A stretch of 64,000 bases of DNA, from assembly GCA_963719225.1 (NCBI GenBank), contig CAVRAY010000001.1:608001-672000 (forward strand). Reading direction: 5' to 3'. A program made the position numbers and the translations under genes. Of this stretch, positions 9,561-19,693 are shown piece by piece (position 1 is the first letter of the stretch; every line of letters starts with the position of its first letter). Source of the stretch: Thermoanaerobaculia bacterium. Its GTDB lineage: Bacteria > Acidobacteriota > Thermoanaerobaculia > UBA5066. The notes beneath the pieces are model-generated. The model was not told where the DNA came from. It was given only the letters and a program-made list of their open reading frames with translations, and ran no database searches.

Positions 9561-10321
9561 AGGAAGTCCTCGCGTTCGGTACGGCAGACGACGTCGCGGA
9601 CGCGGCGGCTTTTCTCTTCGTGAACCTCGCAGACCAGGCGGTCGAGGAACGGGGAAGATTCTTCGTCTCCCTCGCCGGGGGAACCACACCGATTTCGAGC
9701 TATCGGGTTCTCGGGGCGCCATTGATTTCCTCGAGAGTGAATTGGGAACAGACGCACGTCTTCTGGAGCGACGAAAGGTGCGTTCCCGAGGGCCATCCGG
9801 ACCGGAACGACGAGGCTGCACTCGAGGCGTTCCTGCGAGAAGTCCCGCTTCCTTCGAAGAATATCCACCGCATCGCGGCGACGGAGCCGGACGCGGCGGA
9901 GCGCTATGAATCCGACCTGCGCGGGACTCTTTCCGGCGCCTCCTCCTCGAAAGGAATTCCACGTTTCGACCTCGTGCTCCTCGGCCTCGGGCCGGACGGC
10001 CATACCGCCTCCCTGTTTCCCGGGCACGCCTCTCTGGAAGAAAAGCAACGGCTCGTGCTGCGGATCGACGACGCGCCGAAGCCGCCTCCTTCGCGCATCA
10101 CGTTCACGCTGCCGCTCCTGAACGCCGCGCGCCACGTGGCTCTTCTCGTCACGGGGAAGGACAAGGCGCAGGCTCTCGCGCGCGTCCTCGCCGACGACGA
10201 GGCGCTGCCGGCTTCGCGACTCGACCCGGACGGCACGCTCACGATCCTCGCGGACTCCGGCGCTCTCTCCCAGTCGAAGGACCTTCCCCGCCCGGCCGCC
10301 TCGAGCCCCGCGGACCGATGA
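9557..10321 (+). CDS. pgl: 6-phosphogluconolactonase
   Basis: LAGGTTP, DERCVP, LGLGPDGHTASLFP and RITFT motifs; GTGA overlap. Confidence 0.93.
   Translation: MKEVLAFGTADDVADAAAFLFVNLADQAVEERGRFFVSLAGGTTPISSYRVLGAPLISSRVNWEQTHVFWSDERCVPEGHPDRNDEAALEAFLREVPLPSKNIHRIAATEPDAAERYESDLRGTLSGASSSKGIPRFDLVLLGLGPDGHTASLFPGHASLEEKQRLVLRIDDAPKPPPSRITFTLPLLNAARHVALLVTGKDKAQALARVLADDEALPASRLDPDGTLTILADSGALSQSKDLPRPAASSPADR
9724..9866. repeat. Degenerate inverted pair of the dispersed motif inside pgl
   Basis: Plus GATTTCCTCGAGAGTGAA at 9724; minus GGATATTCTTCGAAGGAAGCGGG at 9866-9844; codons here are locally atypical and AT-rich. Confidence 0.4.
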
Positions 10322-11301
10322 TCCTCGCTGGCGACATCGGCGGCACGAACGTACGTCTCGCGCTCTTCGAGATCGAAGCGGGAATCCTCGTTCGAAAGGA
10401 CGAGAGGAAGTTCGGGAGCCGGGAGGTCCCGGGACTCGAGGGCCCCGTCGAGGCGTTTCTCCAGGGCCGGCGCGTGGAAGCCGCCGGCTTCGGCGTCGCC
10501 GGACCCGTGCGCGACGGGCGCTGCGAGGCCACGAACCTGCCCTGGGTCGTGGACGCCGCCCGTCTCGCAGGTCAGCTCGCGCTTCGACACGTGGCGCTCG
10601 TGAACGACCTCTTCGCGAACGCGCTCGGTCTCGCGGAGCTCTCCGGCGAAGACTTCGCCGTCGTGAACGCGGGGACTCCTGACCCGCAGGGCGCCGCGGC
10701 CCTCATCTCGGCCGGGACCGGCCTCGGAGAGGCTTACCTCGTGAGGCGCGGCGGCCGTCTCGTGCCGCAGTCCTCCGAGGGCGGACACGCGTCGTTCGCG
10801 CCGCGCAATCCGTTCGAGATCGAGCTCCTGAAGCACCTCCATCGCACGTACAGCCACGTCTCCTTCGAGAGAGTTCTCTCGGGCCCGGGCCTCGCCGCGT
10901 TGTACGCGTTCGAGCGCTACTGCTCTCAGGAGGCCGAGCCGGGCTGGCTTTCGGCCGAGATCGCCGCGGCCGGCGACGCCGCGCCCGCCGTGACGGCGGC
11001 AGCCCTCTCGGGTAAGGACGCGGTGGCCGAACGGACGCTCGAGCACTTCGTTTCGATCTATGGCGGCGAGGCCGGGAACCTCGCGCTCAAGGTCCTCGCG
11101 ACGGGCGGCGTCTACGTGGGCGGCGGAATCGCTCCTCGGGTCCTGCCCAGGCTTCTCGACGGGACGTTTTTCGGGGCTTTCTGCGACAAGGGGCGCTTCG
11201 CGGCGCTTCTTGCGAGAATTCCGATCAAGGTCGTGGTCAACGACGCGTGCGCGCTCTTCGGCGCGGCGCGCCTCGGAGCCGAGTCCGGAGGAGCCGCGTG
11301 A
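10318..11301 (+). CDS. glk: Glucokinase
   Basis: GDIGGTN, TNLPW, VNDL, GTGLG, SEGGH, ERVLSGPGL and GGVYVGGGI motifs. Confidence 0.95.
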   Translation: MILAGDIGGTNVRLALFEIEAGILVRKDERKFGSREVPGLEGPVEAFLQGRRVEAAGFGVAGPVRDGRCEATNLPWVVDAARLAGQLALRHVALVNDLFANALGLAELSGEDFAVVNAGTPDPQGAAALISAGTGLGEAYLVRRGGRLVPQSSEGGHASFAPRNPFEIELLKHLHRTYSHVSFERVLSGPGLAALYAFERYCSQEAEPGWLSAEIAAAGDAAPAVTAAALSGKDAVAERTLEHFVSIYGGEAGNLALKVLATGGVYVGGGIAPRVLPRLLDGTFFGAFCDKGRFAALLARIPIKVVVNDACALFGAARLGAESGGAA

Positions 11302-12503
11302 AAAAAATAGGCGTCATCACCAGCGGAGGCGACGGCGGCGGCTTGAACGCCGTGATCAAGGGAGTCGCGCGCGAGGCCGCGAATCACGGCGTCGAGACGG
11401 TCGTCATCCCGAACGGGTACGCGGGGCTCTACAACCTCGTGGATCTGCCGGAGCTGGCGGTCCTGGACGGCAAGCGGCTGCTCCGCATCGACGCCGCGCA
11501 GGCCGGCTCCGAAGCCGGCCATTCGCGCGTGAAGATCTCGAAGATCGCCGATCCCGCCAAGTACGAGCGCATCAAGGAAGGCCTGAAGAAGTTCGGCATC
11601 GACGCCCTCGTCATCAGCGGCGGCGACGACACGGGCAGCGTCGCCGTGGACCTTTCCTCCCGCGGAATTCCCTGCGTGCACGCGCCGAAGACGATGGACC
11701 TCGACCTGCAGACCTACAGCGTGGGCGGCGACTCGGCGGTGACGCGGATCGCACAGTTCTGCAACGACCTGAAGACGACGGGCCTCTCGCACAACCGGAT
11801 CCTCGTGGTGGAAGTCTTCGGCCGCTACGTCGGCCACACGGCCTTTCGCGGCGGCACCGGCGCCGAGGCCGACTGCATCCTCATCCCCGAGATTCCCGTC
11901 GACTTCGACGTCGTCTACGACCACCTGAAAGAGACTTATTGCGCGCGCGTGGAGAAGAGCGACGTGAAGGCGGGCACGTACCTCATCGTCGTGGCAGAGG
12001 GTCTTCGCAAGGCCGACGGAGAAAACCTCTACGACGAGACGGCGGGAATGGACGCATTCGGCCACAAGCGCCTCGCGGGCGCGGGGAGGTACGTCCGGCA
12101 GGAGCTGGAAAGGCGCCTCGAGGCCGATCCCGGGATCGCGGACTTCATGAAACGCACCGGACAATACGTCCAGGGCGTCTACACCTCTCCGGAGGTTCGC
12201 GAGGTCGCGCCCGGCCATCTGGTTCGCTCGGGCCCGTCCTCGGCCTTCGACGTGAACTTCGGAACCATGGCGGGCGCCGCGGCGGTGCTTCTTCTCCTGA
12301 AGGGGTTCGCGGGGAACACCGTCGTCTCCGTGGTCGGAAACCGGCTTTCGTACATGCCGACGGCGCAGGCCATCCTGCGGCGCGAGGTGGATGTCGCGGA
12401 GCTGGCCCTCTTCGAGAGTCTCGGAGTGTGCTTCGGAAGGAAGCCTTCCGCGTGGGAGCCCGAGATCGCGCTCGCGACGCCGGTGGTTCCGAGACATCTC
12501 TAG
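11298..12503 (+). CDS. pfkA: Phosphofructokinase, PfkA family, with a PPi-dependent signature
   Basis: TSGGDGGGLNAVI, GGDDT, PKTMD, EVFGR and VAEG motifs. Confidence 0.85.
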   Translation: MKKIGVITSGGDGGGLNAVIKGVAREAANHGVETVVIPNGYAGLYNLVDLPELAVLDGKRLLRIDAAQAGSEAGHSRVKISKIADPAKYERIKEGLKKFGIDALVISGGDDTGSVAVDLSSRGIPCVHAPKTMDLDLQTYSVGGDSAVTRIAQFCNDLKTTGLSHNRILVVEVFGRYVGHTAFRGGTGAEADCILIPEIPVDFDVVYDHLKETYCARVEKSDVKAGTYLIVVAEGLRKADGENLYDETAGMDAFGHKRLAGAGRYVRQELERRLEADPGIADFMKRTGQYVQGVYTSPEVREVAPGHLVRSGPSSAFDVNFGTMAGAAAVLLLLKGFAGNTVVSVVGNRLSYMPTAQAILRREVDVAELALFESLGVCFGRKPSAWEPEIALATPVVPRHL

Positions 12504-12504
12504 A

Positions 12505-12990
12505 ATGAAGAAGACCCCGTCCGCGCTGCTGACCGGAGTCCTGTCTTCGATCGTCGCCTTCGCCGGGTGTCAATCTGCGACGGTTTCGGCGCCTCCTTCG
12601 GCCGCGACCGCGCCTGTTCAGAGAGAAAGGATGAGCAACATGATCTCGACTCCCTCAGGGCTCCAGTACGAGGACACGAAGGAAGGCACGGGGGCTTCGC
12701 CGAAGAGCGGCCAGACGTGCGTGATGCACTACACGGGCTGGCTTTGGGAGAAGGGCGCAAAGGGCGCTAAGTTCGACAGCTCGCTCGACAGGGGTCAGCC
12801 CTTCGAGTTTCCGTTGGGCCAGGGGCGCGTCATCAGGGGCTGGGACGAGGGCGTCGCCACGATGAAGGTCGGCGGCAAGCGGACTCTCCTGATTCCTCCG
12901 GACCTGGCCTACGGCGCCCGCGCCGTCGGCGGCGTCATCCCCGCGAACGCGACGCTGCTTTTCGAGGTGGAACTGGTTGGAATCAAATAG
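12505..12990 (+). CDS. FKBP-type peptidyl-prolyl isomerase, probable lipoprotein
   Basis: Lipobox FAGC; HYTGWL, FDSSLDR, VIRGWDEG, LAYG and LLFEVEL motifs. Confidence 0.92.
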   Translation: MKKTPSALLTGVLSSIVAFAGCQSATVSAPPSAATAPVQRERMSNMISTPSGLQYEDTKEGTGASPKSGQTCVMHYTGWLWEKGAKGAKFDSSLDRGQPFEFPLGQGRVIRGWDEGVATMKVGGKRTLLIPPDLAYGARAVGGVIPANATLLFEVELVGIK

Positions 12991-13082
12991 CACACCCTAA
13001 TCAGGTGTCTTCTTTCGGGGACCCCTACATTTCGATGGTGGGGCCTCCCGGCAGGGGAAAGTGCCCCGCCGGAGGGTTTCCA

Positions 13083-14423
13083 ATGCGGAGTCCCGTGAGG
13101 CGTGTCGTCATTCTCGGTGCGGCAGGCCGCGATTTCCACGATTTCAATACGGTTTTCCGGGACAAGCCCGACCATCGGGTCGTCGCCTTCACGGCGACGC
13201 AGATCCCGGGCATCGAGGGCCGCCGCTATCCGTCATCCCTTGCGCGATCGCTCTACCCGGACGGCATTCCGATCGTGGCCGAAGACGAGCTCGAAGATCT
13301 GATCCGCCGCGAGAAGGTCGACCTCTGTGTCTTCTCGTACTCGGACGTGGCGCACACGCAGGTCATGCACCTCGCTTCTCGTGTCATCGCGGCGGGAGCG
13401 GACTTCCTCTTCCTGGGCGCGAACCGGACGATGTTGAAGTCGAAGGTCACCGTCATCGCCGTCACGGCCGTGAGGACGGGAGCGGGCAAGAGCCAGACGA
13501 CGCGGTACCTCTCGAGGATCCTGAAAGAGCGCGGGCTCTCCGTCGTCGCGGTCCGCCACCCGATGCCGTACGGGGATCTTGCGATCCAGGCCTGCCAGCG
13601 CTTCGCGAAGTACGCGGACCTCGACCGCGAGAAGTGCACGATCGAGGAGCGCGAGGAGTACGAGCCGCATCTCGACAACGGCTTCGTCGTGTACGCGGGC
13701 GTCGACTACGCCCAGATCCTGAAACGCGCCGAGGCGGAGGCCGACGTCATTCTCTGGGACGGCGGAAACAACGACCTGCCGTTCTATGCGCCCGATCTCC
13801 ACATCTGCATCGCGGATCCCCATCGCCCCGGCCACGAGACCGCCTACCACCCGGGCGAGGCGAACTTCCGGCGAGCCGACGTCATTCTCATCAACAAGTG
13901 CGACACGGCGGACAAAGGGAACATCCACGCGATCGAGACCGCGGCCGCGAAGCTGAACCCGAAGGCGCGCGTCCTTCGAACGAACTCGCCGGTCGTCTGC
14001 GAGAGGCCCGAGCTCGTGAGGGACAAGCGCGCCCTCGTCGTCGAGGACGGTCCGACGCTGACGCATGGCGGCATGACCTTCGGAGCCGGCCTCGTCGCGG
14101 CCAGGAGGGCCGGCGCGGCGGTGATCGTGGATCCGAAGCCGTACGCCGTCGGCACGATCGCCGAGACCTTCCGGAAATACCCGAACGCGGCGGGAATTCT
14201 TCCCGCGATGGGCTACGGCGACGCGCAGGTGGCCGAGCTCGCCGAGACGATCGCACGGACTCCCTGCGACGTCGTCGTCGTCGGGACCCCGATCGACCTG
14301 ACGCGCGTGGTGAGGCTCGACAAGCCCGCCGTGCGCGCGCAGTACGAGCTCCAGGAGGTCGTTCCGGGGCGCCTCGCCGAAGAGATCGAACGCGCCATGC
14401 CGGCGGCCGTCGCCGTGTGGTAG
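13083..14423 (+). CDS. Cyclic 2,3-diphosphoglycerate synthetase-like P-loop protein (arginine synthetase-like family)
   Basis: GAAGRDFHDFN, AVRTGAGKSQT, RHPMPYG, TIEEREEYEPH, WDGGNND and VEDGPTLTHG motifs. Confidence 0.82.
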   Translation: MRSPVRRVVILGAAGRDFHDFNTVFRDKPDHRVVAFTATQIPGIEGRRYPSSLARSLYPDGIPIVAEDELEDLIRREKVDLCVFSYSDVAHTQVMHLASRVIAAGADFLFLGANRTMLKSKVTVIAVTAVRTGAGKSQTTRYLSRILKERGLSVVAVRHPMPYGDLAIQACQRFAKYADLDREKCTIEEREEYEPHLDNGFVVYAGVDYAQILKRAEAEADVILWDGGNNDLPFYAPDLHICIADPHRPGHETAYHPGEANFRRADVILINKCDTADKGNIHAIETAAAKLNPKARVLRTNSPVVCERPELVRDKRALVVEDGPTLTHGGMTFGAGLVAARRAGAAVIVDPKPYAVGTIAETFRKYPNAAGILPAMGYGDAQVAELAETIARTPCDVVVVGTPIDLTRVVRLDKPAVRAQYELQEVVPGRLAEEIERAMPAAVAVW

Positions 14424-14477
14424 GTCCGCAGCCGTAGCGGTTTCGGGAAAGTCGCGCGGGCTTTATAGTCCGGCGCG

Positions 14478-14906
14478 ATGCTCCTTCTCTCGCGCACGAT
14501 TCACTTCAACGCGGCGCATCGCCTCTTCAACCCGGCGAAGAGCGAGGAGTGGAACCGCGGGACGTACGGAGATGCGTCGAACCCCGCCGGTTATGGCCAC
14601 AACTACACGCTCGAGGTGTCCGTCGCGGGCACCGCCGACGCCGACTCGGCCATGATCGTGAATCTCACGGATCTCGACCGCATCCTGAAGGAGGAAGTCG
14701 ATCGCCCGCTCGACCACCGGAACCTCAACGAGGAGATCGCGGAGTTCGCGACGCGCGTCCCGACGGCTGAAAACCTCGCGCGGTGGATCTGGGATCACGT
14801 GGCCGCGCGGATCGAGAGGGAGCGGTGGCCCTGCCGCCTCGCGACGCTGAAACTCACGATCACGCCAACCTTCTCGGTCGAGATGGTTTCGGAAGAGATG
14901 ACGTAG
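14478..14906 (+). CDS. 6-pyruvoyl-tetrahydropterin synthase / QueD-like protein with a degenerate active site
   Basis: FNAAHRL, GHNY, LDHRNLN and PTAENLA motifs; the catalytic Cys position is Ala. Confidence 0.8.
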   Translation: MLLLSRTIHFNAAHRLFNPAKSEEWNRGTYGDASNPAGYGHNYTLEVSVAGTADADSAMIVNLTDLDRILKEEVDRPLDHRNLNEEIAEFATRVPTAENLARWIWDHVAARIERERWPCRLATLKLTITPTFSVEMVSEEMT

Positions 14907-14907
14907 A

Positions 14908-15092
14908 GAAGAAGAAGACCGGGGATTTTCTTAGAAGGGTGAGTGGGGGCGACGCGCGGGACAGGCCTCGCTGGTTCCTCGAGCGGCTCAGCAGCGATTG
15001 CCCTTCTGAGAAATTTGCAGACCGGTTCAATCGCAGGAGCCGGTCTTATCTTAGAGAGGGTGCCTCCTTCTCTCTCTCTTCCTAAAACTCAA
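14908..15092. repeat. Dispersed motif cluster B, just after the queD-like stop and overlapping the hisJ 3' end
   Basis: 14909-14937 matches the reverse complement of 3323-3350 at 27/29 positions. Partner arm CCCTTCTGAGAAAT at 15001; a weaker second pair at about 15045-15092. Confidence 0.75.
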
Positions 15093-15872
15093 ATGTTCTC
15101 TTGCCCCTGCCGCATGCGCGGCGGCTTCGATCTTGTCGCGGCCCCACGCGACTTCGGCCGGCGCGTGCGCGTCCGACGAGAAAACGATCGGAACGCGCGC
15201 CTCGACGAGGCTGCGGAGCAGCGGCGGAGCCGGATACTCCTCGCCGACCGCTTTCCGGAGGCCCGCGCTCGAGACCTCGATCGAGACGCCGGCGTCCCGC
15301 GCGGCGGCCACGGCCGCGTCCTGGGCATCCTGCAGGTCCGCCGGCATGCGGTGGCCGAACTTCTTCGGGAGGTCGAAGTGCGTGAGGACGTCGAAGAGCC
15401 CGCTCTTCGCCGCCTTCGCGAGCAACCGGTAGTACTCGCGCCAGAGAATTTCCGTCCCCTCGGTCGCGTGCCTCTTCGCGGAGCCGGGAGCGTCGATCCA
15501 GTCGCCGGCGACCCAGTGCACGGAACCGAGGACGACGTCCCAGTCGTGGGCGCGGAGAATCTCCTCGAGCGCGGCCTCGTGGCCTTCCGCGTAGTCGGCT
15601 TCGAGGCCGAGCAGGATGTCGATCCGGCCCGCGAACTCCTCCTTCAGGGCTCGGACCTCCTCGACGTATCCGGGCAGCTCCGCGCGTGTCATCGCGATAG
15701 AGGGATCGGGATCGTCTCCCGGAAGGAAGTAGAGAGGAATGTGGTCCGTGAAGGCGATCTCGGCCAGGCCCTTTTCCAGCGCCGTCTGGATGTACCCCCG
15801 CATCTCGCCGCCGGCATGCCCGCAGCGGGCCGTGTGGACGTGGTAGTCGGTCTGGTACGCGCCCGGTCGCAT
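15051..15872 (-). CDS. hisJ: Histidinol-phosphatase, PHP family (HisJ)
   Basis: DYHVHT..CGHA, FTDH, GLEADY, GSVH, HFDLPKK and SSDAH motifs. Confidence 0.88.
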   Translation of the reverse strand: MRPGAYQTDYHVHTARCGHAGGEMRGYIQTALEKGLAEIAFTDHIPLYFLPGDDPDPSIAMTRAELPGYVEEVRALKEEFAGRIDILLGLEADYAEGHEAALEEILRAHDWDVVLGSVHWVAGDWIDAPGSAKRHATEGTEILWREYYRLLAKAAKSGLFDVLTHFDLPKKFGHRMPADLQDAQDAAVAAARDAGVSIEVSSAGLRKAVGEEYPAPPLLRSLVEARVPIVFSSDAHAPAEVAWGRDKIEAAAHAAGAREHLSFRKRERRRHPL

Positions 15873-15917
15873 CGAAGTCCCGCGCTCCGAGTGTAGTCTT
15901 GGGCCGAAGGGGAGCGC

Positions 15918-16514
15918 ATGGCCATCCGGATCAACCGCGTTTACACACGGGGAGGCGACGCCGGGGAGACGAGCCTCGTGGGCGGCCAGCGGATCGCGAA
16001 GGACGCGATCCGCATCGAGAGCTACGGGACGGTCGACGAGCTCAACGCTCTTCTCGGGCTCGTGCGCACGGCGAACCGCGACGATGCGGGCGCCGCCGGA
16101 AAGGCGGATCGCGACCGGCTCGACGGAATCCTCGAGCAGATCCAGAACGAGCTCTTCAACCTCGGATCGGATCTCGCCACCCTGCCGCAGGACCGGCATC
16201 CGAAGCAGCCCGTCATCGAAGCGCGCCACGTCTCGTTTCTGGAAAAGACGATCGACGACCTGAACGCCGGCCTGCCGGAGCTGAAGTCCTTCGTGCTGCC
16301 GGGCGGCGGGTGGGTCTCGGCATTCCTGCACCAGGCGCGCACCGTGTGTCGCCGGGCGGAGCGTCTCGTGACGACGCTCGCTCGACAGGAGGCCTTGGGG
16401 GCCCATGCCCTCATCTATCTCAACCGCCTCTCGGACCTGCTCTTCGTGCTGGGCCGCTGGGCGGCGAAGACGCGACAGGAGCCGGAGCCTCTCTGGAATC
16501 CCACGAAGAGCTGA
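15918..16514 (+). CDS. pduO: Cob(I)alamin adenosyltransferase, PduO type
   Basis: [36 protein letters not shown] and [10 protein letters not shown] motifs. Confidence 0.93.
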   Translation: MAIRINRVYTRGGDAGETSLVGGQRIAKDAIRIESYGTVDELNALLGLVRTANRDDAGAAGKADRDRLDGILEQIQNELFNLGSDLATLPQDRHPKQPVIEARHVSFLEKTIDDLNAGLPELKSFVLPGGGWVSAFLHQARTVCRRAERLVTTLARQEALGAHALIYLNRLSDLLFVLGRWAAKTRQEPEPLWNPTKS

Positions 16515-18076
16515 CGCGCGACAGACGGGCCGCCTGCGCGGCGACCGCGGTGCTCCTCGGGCTTCTCGGCCGCGGCCTCGCGGCGGAGGAGGTTCCGCGC
16601 ATCGAAACCGTCGAGATCCGCTCGACGAACGTCTTCGCGCCGCAGGAGGCGGCGAAGTCCTTCTTCCCTTACGGGCTCGCGAACGTCCTCCACGTCACGA
16701 CCCGATCGTCGTTCATCCAGAAACAGCTCCTCTTCAAGCCGGGAGACGATCTTCGTCCGGATCTTCTCGCCGAGACCGAGCGAAACCTCCGCGCCTTCGG
16801 GCTTTTCCGCAGGGCCTACGTGCGCGCGGAGGGAACCCGCGTCGTCGTCGAGACGGCCGACGCATGGACGCTGCTCCTGCGCGGCTCTCTGTCGAACAAG
16901 GGCGGCGTGACGACGTATTCGATCGGAGCCGAGGAATACAACCTGCTCGGCACCGGCCGCCAGTTCGGATTCGGATGGGAAAAGGAGACGGACCGCTCGT
17001 CCCGGTCGCTCTTTTTCGTCGATCCGAACCTTTTCGTTCCGCACCTGGCGTTCCGGCTGGACGCTTCGGATCTCTCGGACGGCAGGCTCTTCCAGCTGGG
17101 GCTGGGGCGCCCGTTCTATGCGCTCGACGTCCCATGGGCCCTCGAGGGCATGACGAGGCTCTCGGACTTCGACACGAAGCTCTACGCCGGAGGCGAGGAG
17201 GCGACCGTGTGGAAGGAGGAGCAGCGCAGCCTGGTCGTGTCGGCTGGCCGCCTGATCTCCCGCGATCCCGACGCCGTCGTGCGTCTCCTCGGATCCGTCG
17301 AATGGAGCAGCGTGAAGCTCCTCGTCGGCGGCCTCGGACCGCCGCCTTCCCAGGAGACGGCTCATCGCACGTTCCTGTTCGTTTCGGGGGGCATCGCGCG
17401 GGAAGGCTCGGACTGGATCACGCGGCGGCTCGTCGACCGGATCGACCGGGACGAGGATTTCAATCTCGCGACGAGCATCCGCGGAGAGCTCGGTTTCTCG
17501 CCTCACGTCGGAGAGATCCAGGGCGCGGGCCGGGCGCTCGTCTCCGGAAGCACAGGAACTCTCCTGTCCAGGGGCGGCTTTGCGCTCGCGACGCTCGAGG
17601 CCTCGACGCGAGTGTCCTCGAGAATCGAGAACGCCGTCCTTTCGGCAGACGCGCGGGCTTACCTCCTGACGGGCCCGTGGACGTTCGTGGGACGGGTCGG
17701 AACGAAAGTCGGCTGGAACCTCGACCCCGAGAACCAGATTCCGCTCGACGGGGAAAGCGGCGTGCGCGCCTACCGGCTCCATTCCGTGGAAGGGAGCCGC
17801 CGCCTCGTGGCGAACGTCGAAGCGCGCGTTCTCGCGGTGCCCGAGATCCTTCAGCTCGTGTCGTTCGCGCTCGCCGCCTTCGGGGACGTCGGCTGGTCCT
17901 CGGGAGAACCCGACGGTTTCTGGAGACTCGCGGACGCGGGAGTGGGTCTCAGGATCGGCATCACGCGCGCCAGCAAGAACAGCCTCCTGCGCATGGACCT
18001 GGCGCGCTCGCTGCATCCCGACCCCCTCGGCCGGACCGGGTGGCTTCTCTCGTTCTCCTCGGGGCAGGCTTTCTAG
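16511..18076 (+). CDS. Outer-membrane beta-barrel protein with a POTRA domain (BamA/TamA-like)
   Basis: Signal peptide, [31 protein letters not shown] (VRGY-like) and C-terminal SSGQAF. Start uncertain (CTG at a CTGA overlap). Confidence 0.78.
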   Translation: MTRDRRAACAATAVLLGLLGRGLAAEEVPRIETVEIRSTNVFAPQEAAKSFFPYGLANVLHVTTRSSFIQKQLLFKPGDDLRPDLLAETERNLRAFGLFRRAYVRAEGTRVVVETADAWTLLLRGSLSNKGGVTTYSIGAEEYNLLGTGRQFGFGWEKETDRSSRSLFFVDPNLFVPHLAFRLDASDLSDGRLFQLGLGRPFYALDVPWALEGMTRLSDFDTKLYAGGEEATVWKEEQRSLVVSAGRLISRDPDAVVRLLGSVEWSSVKLLVGGLGPPPSQETAHRTFLFVSGGIAREGSDWITRRLVDRIDRDEDFNLATSIRGELGFSPHVGEIQGAGRALVSGSTGTLLSRGGFALATLEASTRVSSRIENAVLSADARAYLLTGPWTFVGRVGTKVGWNLDPENQIPLDGESGVRAYRLHSVEGSRRLVANVEARVLAVPEILQLVSFALAAFGDVGWSSGEPDGFWRLADAGVGLRIGITRASKNSLLRMDLARSLHPDPLGRTGWLLSFSSGQAF

Positions 18077-18086
18077 GGCGCGGCGG

Positions 18087-19034
18087 TCAGTGGATGCCGT
18101 GCTCCGAGAGCCAGCGCTCGGCGTCGATCGCGGCCTTGCAGCCTTCGCCGGCGGCCGAGACGGCCTGACGGTAGATGAAATCCGCGACGTCGCCGGCCGC
18201 GAAGATGCCCGGAACCGACGTCTTCGTCGAGGGATGCTGGATTCTCAGATAGCCCACGTCGTCCATTTGGAGCTTGCCTCGGAAGAGCTCGGTGTTCGGC
18301 TGGTGGCCGATGGCCGCGAAATATCCCGAGACGCTCAACGTCGTCACGTCGCCCGTTTTCGTGTTCTTCACGCGCACGCCCTTCACGCCCGTCGTCGGCT
18401 CTCCGAGGATCTCCTCGACGATCGTGTCGAGGAGGACCTCGATCTTGGGGTTCTGAAGCGCGCGCTGCACCATGATCTTCGAAGCGCGGAACTCGCTTCG
18501 CCGGTGGACGAGATAGACCTTCGAGCAGAACTTCGTGAGGAAAGTGGCTTCCTCCATCGCCGTGTCTCCGCCTCCCACGACGACGACCTCCTTGCCGCGG
18601 AAGAAGAAGCCGTCGCACGTGGCGCAGGCCGAAACGCCGTAGCCGAGAAGCTTCTTCTCGCTCTCGAGCCCGAGGTATTTCGCCGACGCGCCGGAAGCGA
18701 TGATGACGGCGTCGGCCTTGATCGTTCCGGCCGTCTCGAGCGTCAGCGTGAAGGGCCGCTTGGAGACCTCGACGTTCACGACCGTGTCGACGACGATCTC
18801 GGTGCCGAAGCGCTCGGCCTGCTTGCGGGTGACGTCCATGAGCGTGGGGCCCTGGATGCCGTGCTCGAAACCGGGGAAGTTCTCGACGTCCGTCGTCGTC
18901 GTAAGCTGGCCCCCGGGCTGAATCCCCTCGACGACGAGCGGCTCGAGGTTCGCGCGGGCGGCGTAGATCGCCGCGGTGAGGCCCGCGGGGCCGGAGCCCA
19001 CGATGACGACCTTGTAATGGGATTTCAGGGGCAT
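18087..19034 (-). CDS. trxB: Thioredoxin-disulfide reductase
   Basis: GSGPAG, VENFPGF, CATCDG, GGGDTAMEEA and GDV..YRQA motifs. Confidence 0.96.
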   Translation of the reverse strand: MPLKSHYKVVIVGSGPAGLTAAIYAARANLEPLVVEGIQPGGQLTTTTDVENFPGFEHGIQGPTLMDVTRKQAERFGTEIVVDTVVNVEVSKRPFTLTLETAGTIKADAVIIASGASAKYLGLESEKKLLGYGVSACATCDGFFFRGKEVVVVGGGDTAMEEATFLTKFCSKVYLVHRRSEFRASKIMVQRALQNPKIEVLLDTIVEEILGEPTTGVKGVRVKNTKTGDVTTLSVSGYFAAIGHQPNTELFRGKLQMDDVGYLRIQHPSTKTSVPGIFAAGDVADFIYRQAVSAAGEGCKAAIDAERWLSEHGIH

Positions 19035-19040
19035 GGGCCG

Positions 19041-19628
19041 TTACTTCGCGTGGGCGAAGTACTCTTTCGACTTCTCCCAGTCGGCCTTCATGGCCTTCGT
19101 GCCGGGCTTCCAGTCGGCGGGGCAGACCTCACCTTCCTCGCGCACGTGCTGGAACGCCTGGAGGACGCGAAGCGTCTCGTCGACCGACCGGCCGACTGCC
19201 GTGTTGTTGATCGTGGCGTGCTGGACGACGCCGTCCGGATCGATGATGAAGAGCCCGCGCAGCGCGATCCTGCCGTTCTCGGCGAGCACGTTGTACTCCC
19301 GGGCGAGGTCCTTCCCGAGGTCCTCGAGGAGGGGATAGGCGAGGCCCTTGATCCCTCCCTCCTCGCGGGGTTTCTCGGTCCACGCGAGGTGACTGAATTT
19401 CGAGTCCACGGACGCGCCGAGCACTTCGGCGTTGACCCTCCGGAACTCCCCGAGCCGGTCCGAGAACGCGAGGATCTCGGTCGGGCAGACGAACGTGAAG
19501 TCGAGGGGATAGAAGAAGAGGACGACCCACTTTCCTTTGTAATCGGAAAGGCGGTAGGTGTGGAACTTGCCGTTGAGGACGCCTTCGAGGGCGAATTCGG
19601 GGGCCATTCGGCCGACGATCTGGGCCAT
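19041..19628 (-). CDS. ahpC: 2-Cys peroxiredoxin (AhpC/Prx1)
   Basis: [13 protein letters not shown] and GEVCPADW motifs. Confidence 0.95.
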   Translation of the reverse strand: MAQIVGRMAPEFALEGVLNGKFHTYRLSDYKGKWVVLFFYPLDFTFVCPTEILAFSDRLGEFRRVNAEVLGASVDSKFSHLAWTEKPREEGGIKGLAYPLLEDLGKDLAREYNVLAENGRIALRGLFIIDPDGVVQHATINNTAVGRSVDETLRVLQAFQHVREEGEVCPADWKPGTKAMKADWEKSKEYFAHAK

Positions 19629-19693
19629 GGATATTCTCCTTGTGCGGGCCTTATCTTTCCCGGGCGGGCGATTCTGGCCCCGCTTCGGGCCTC

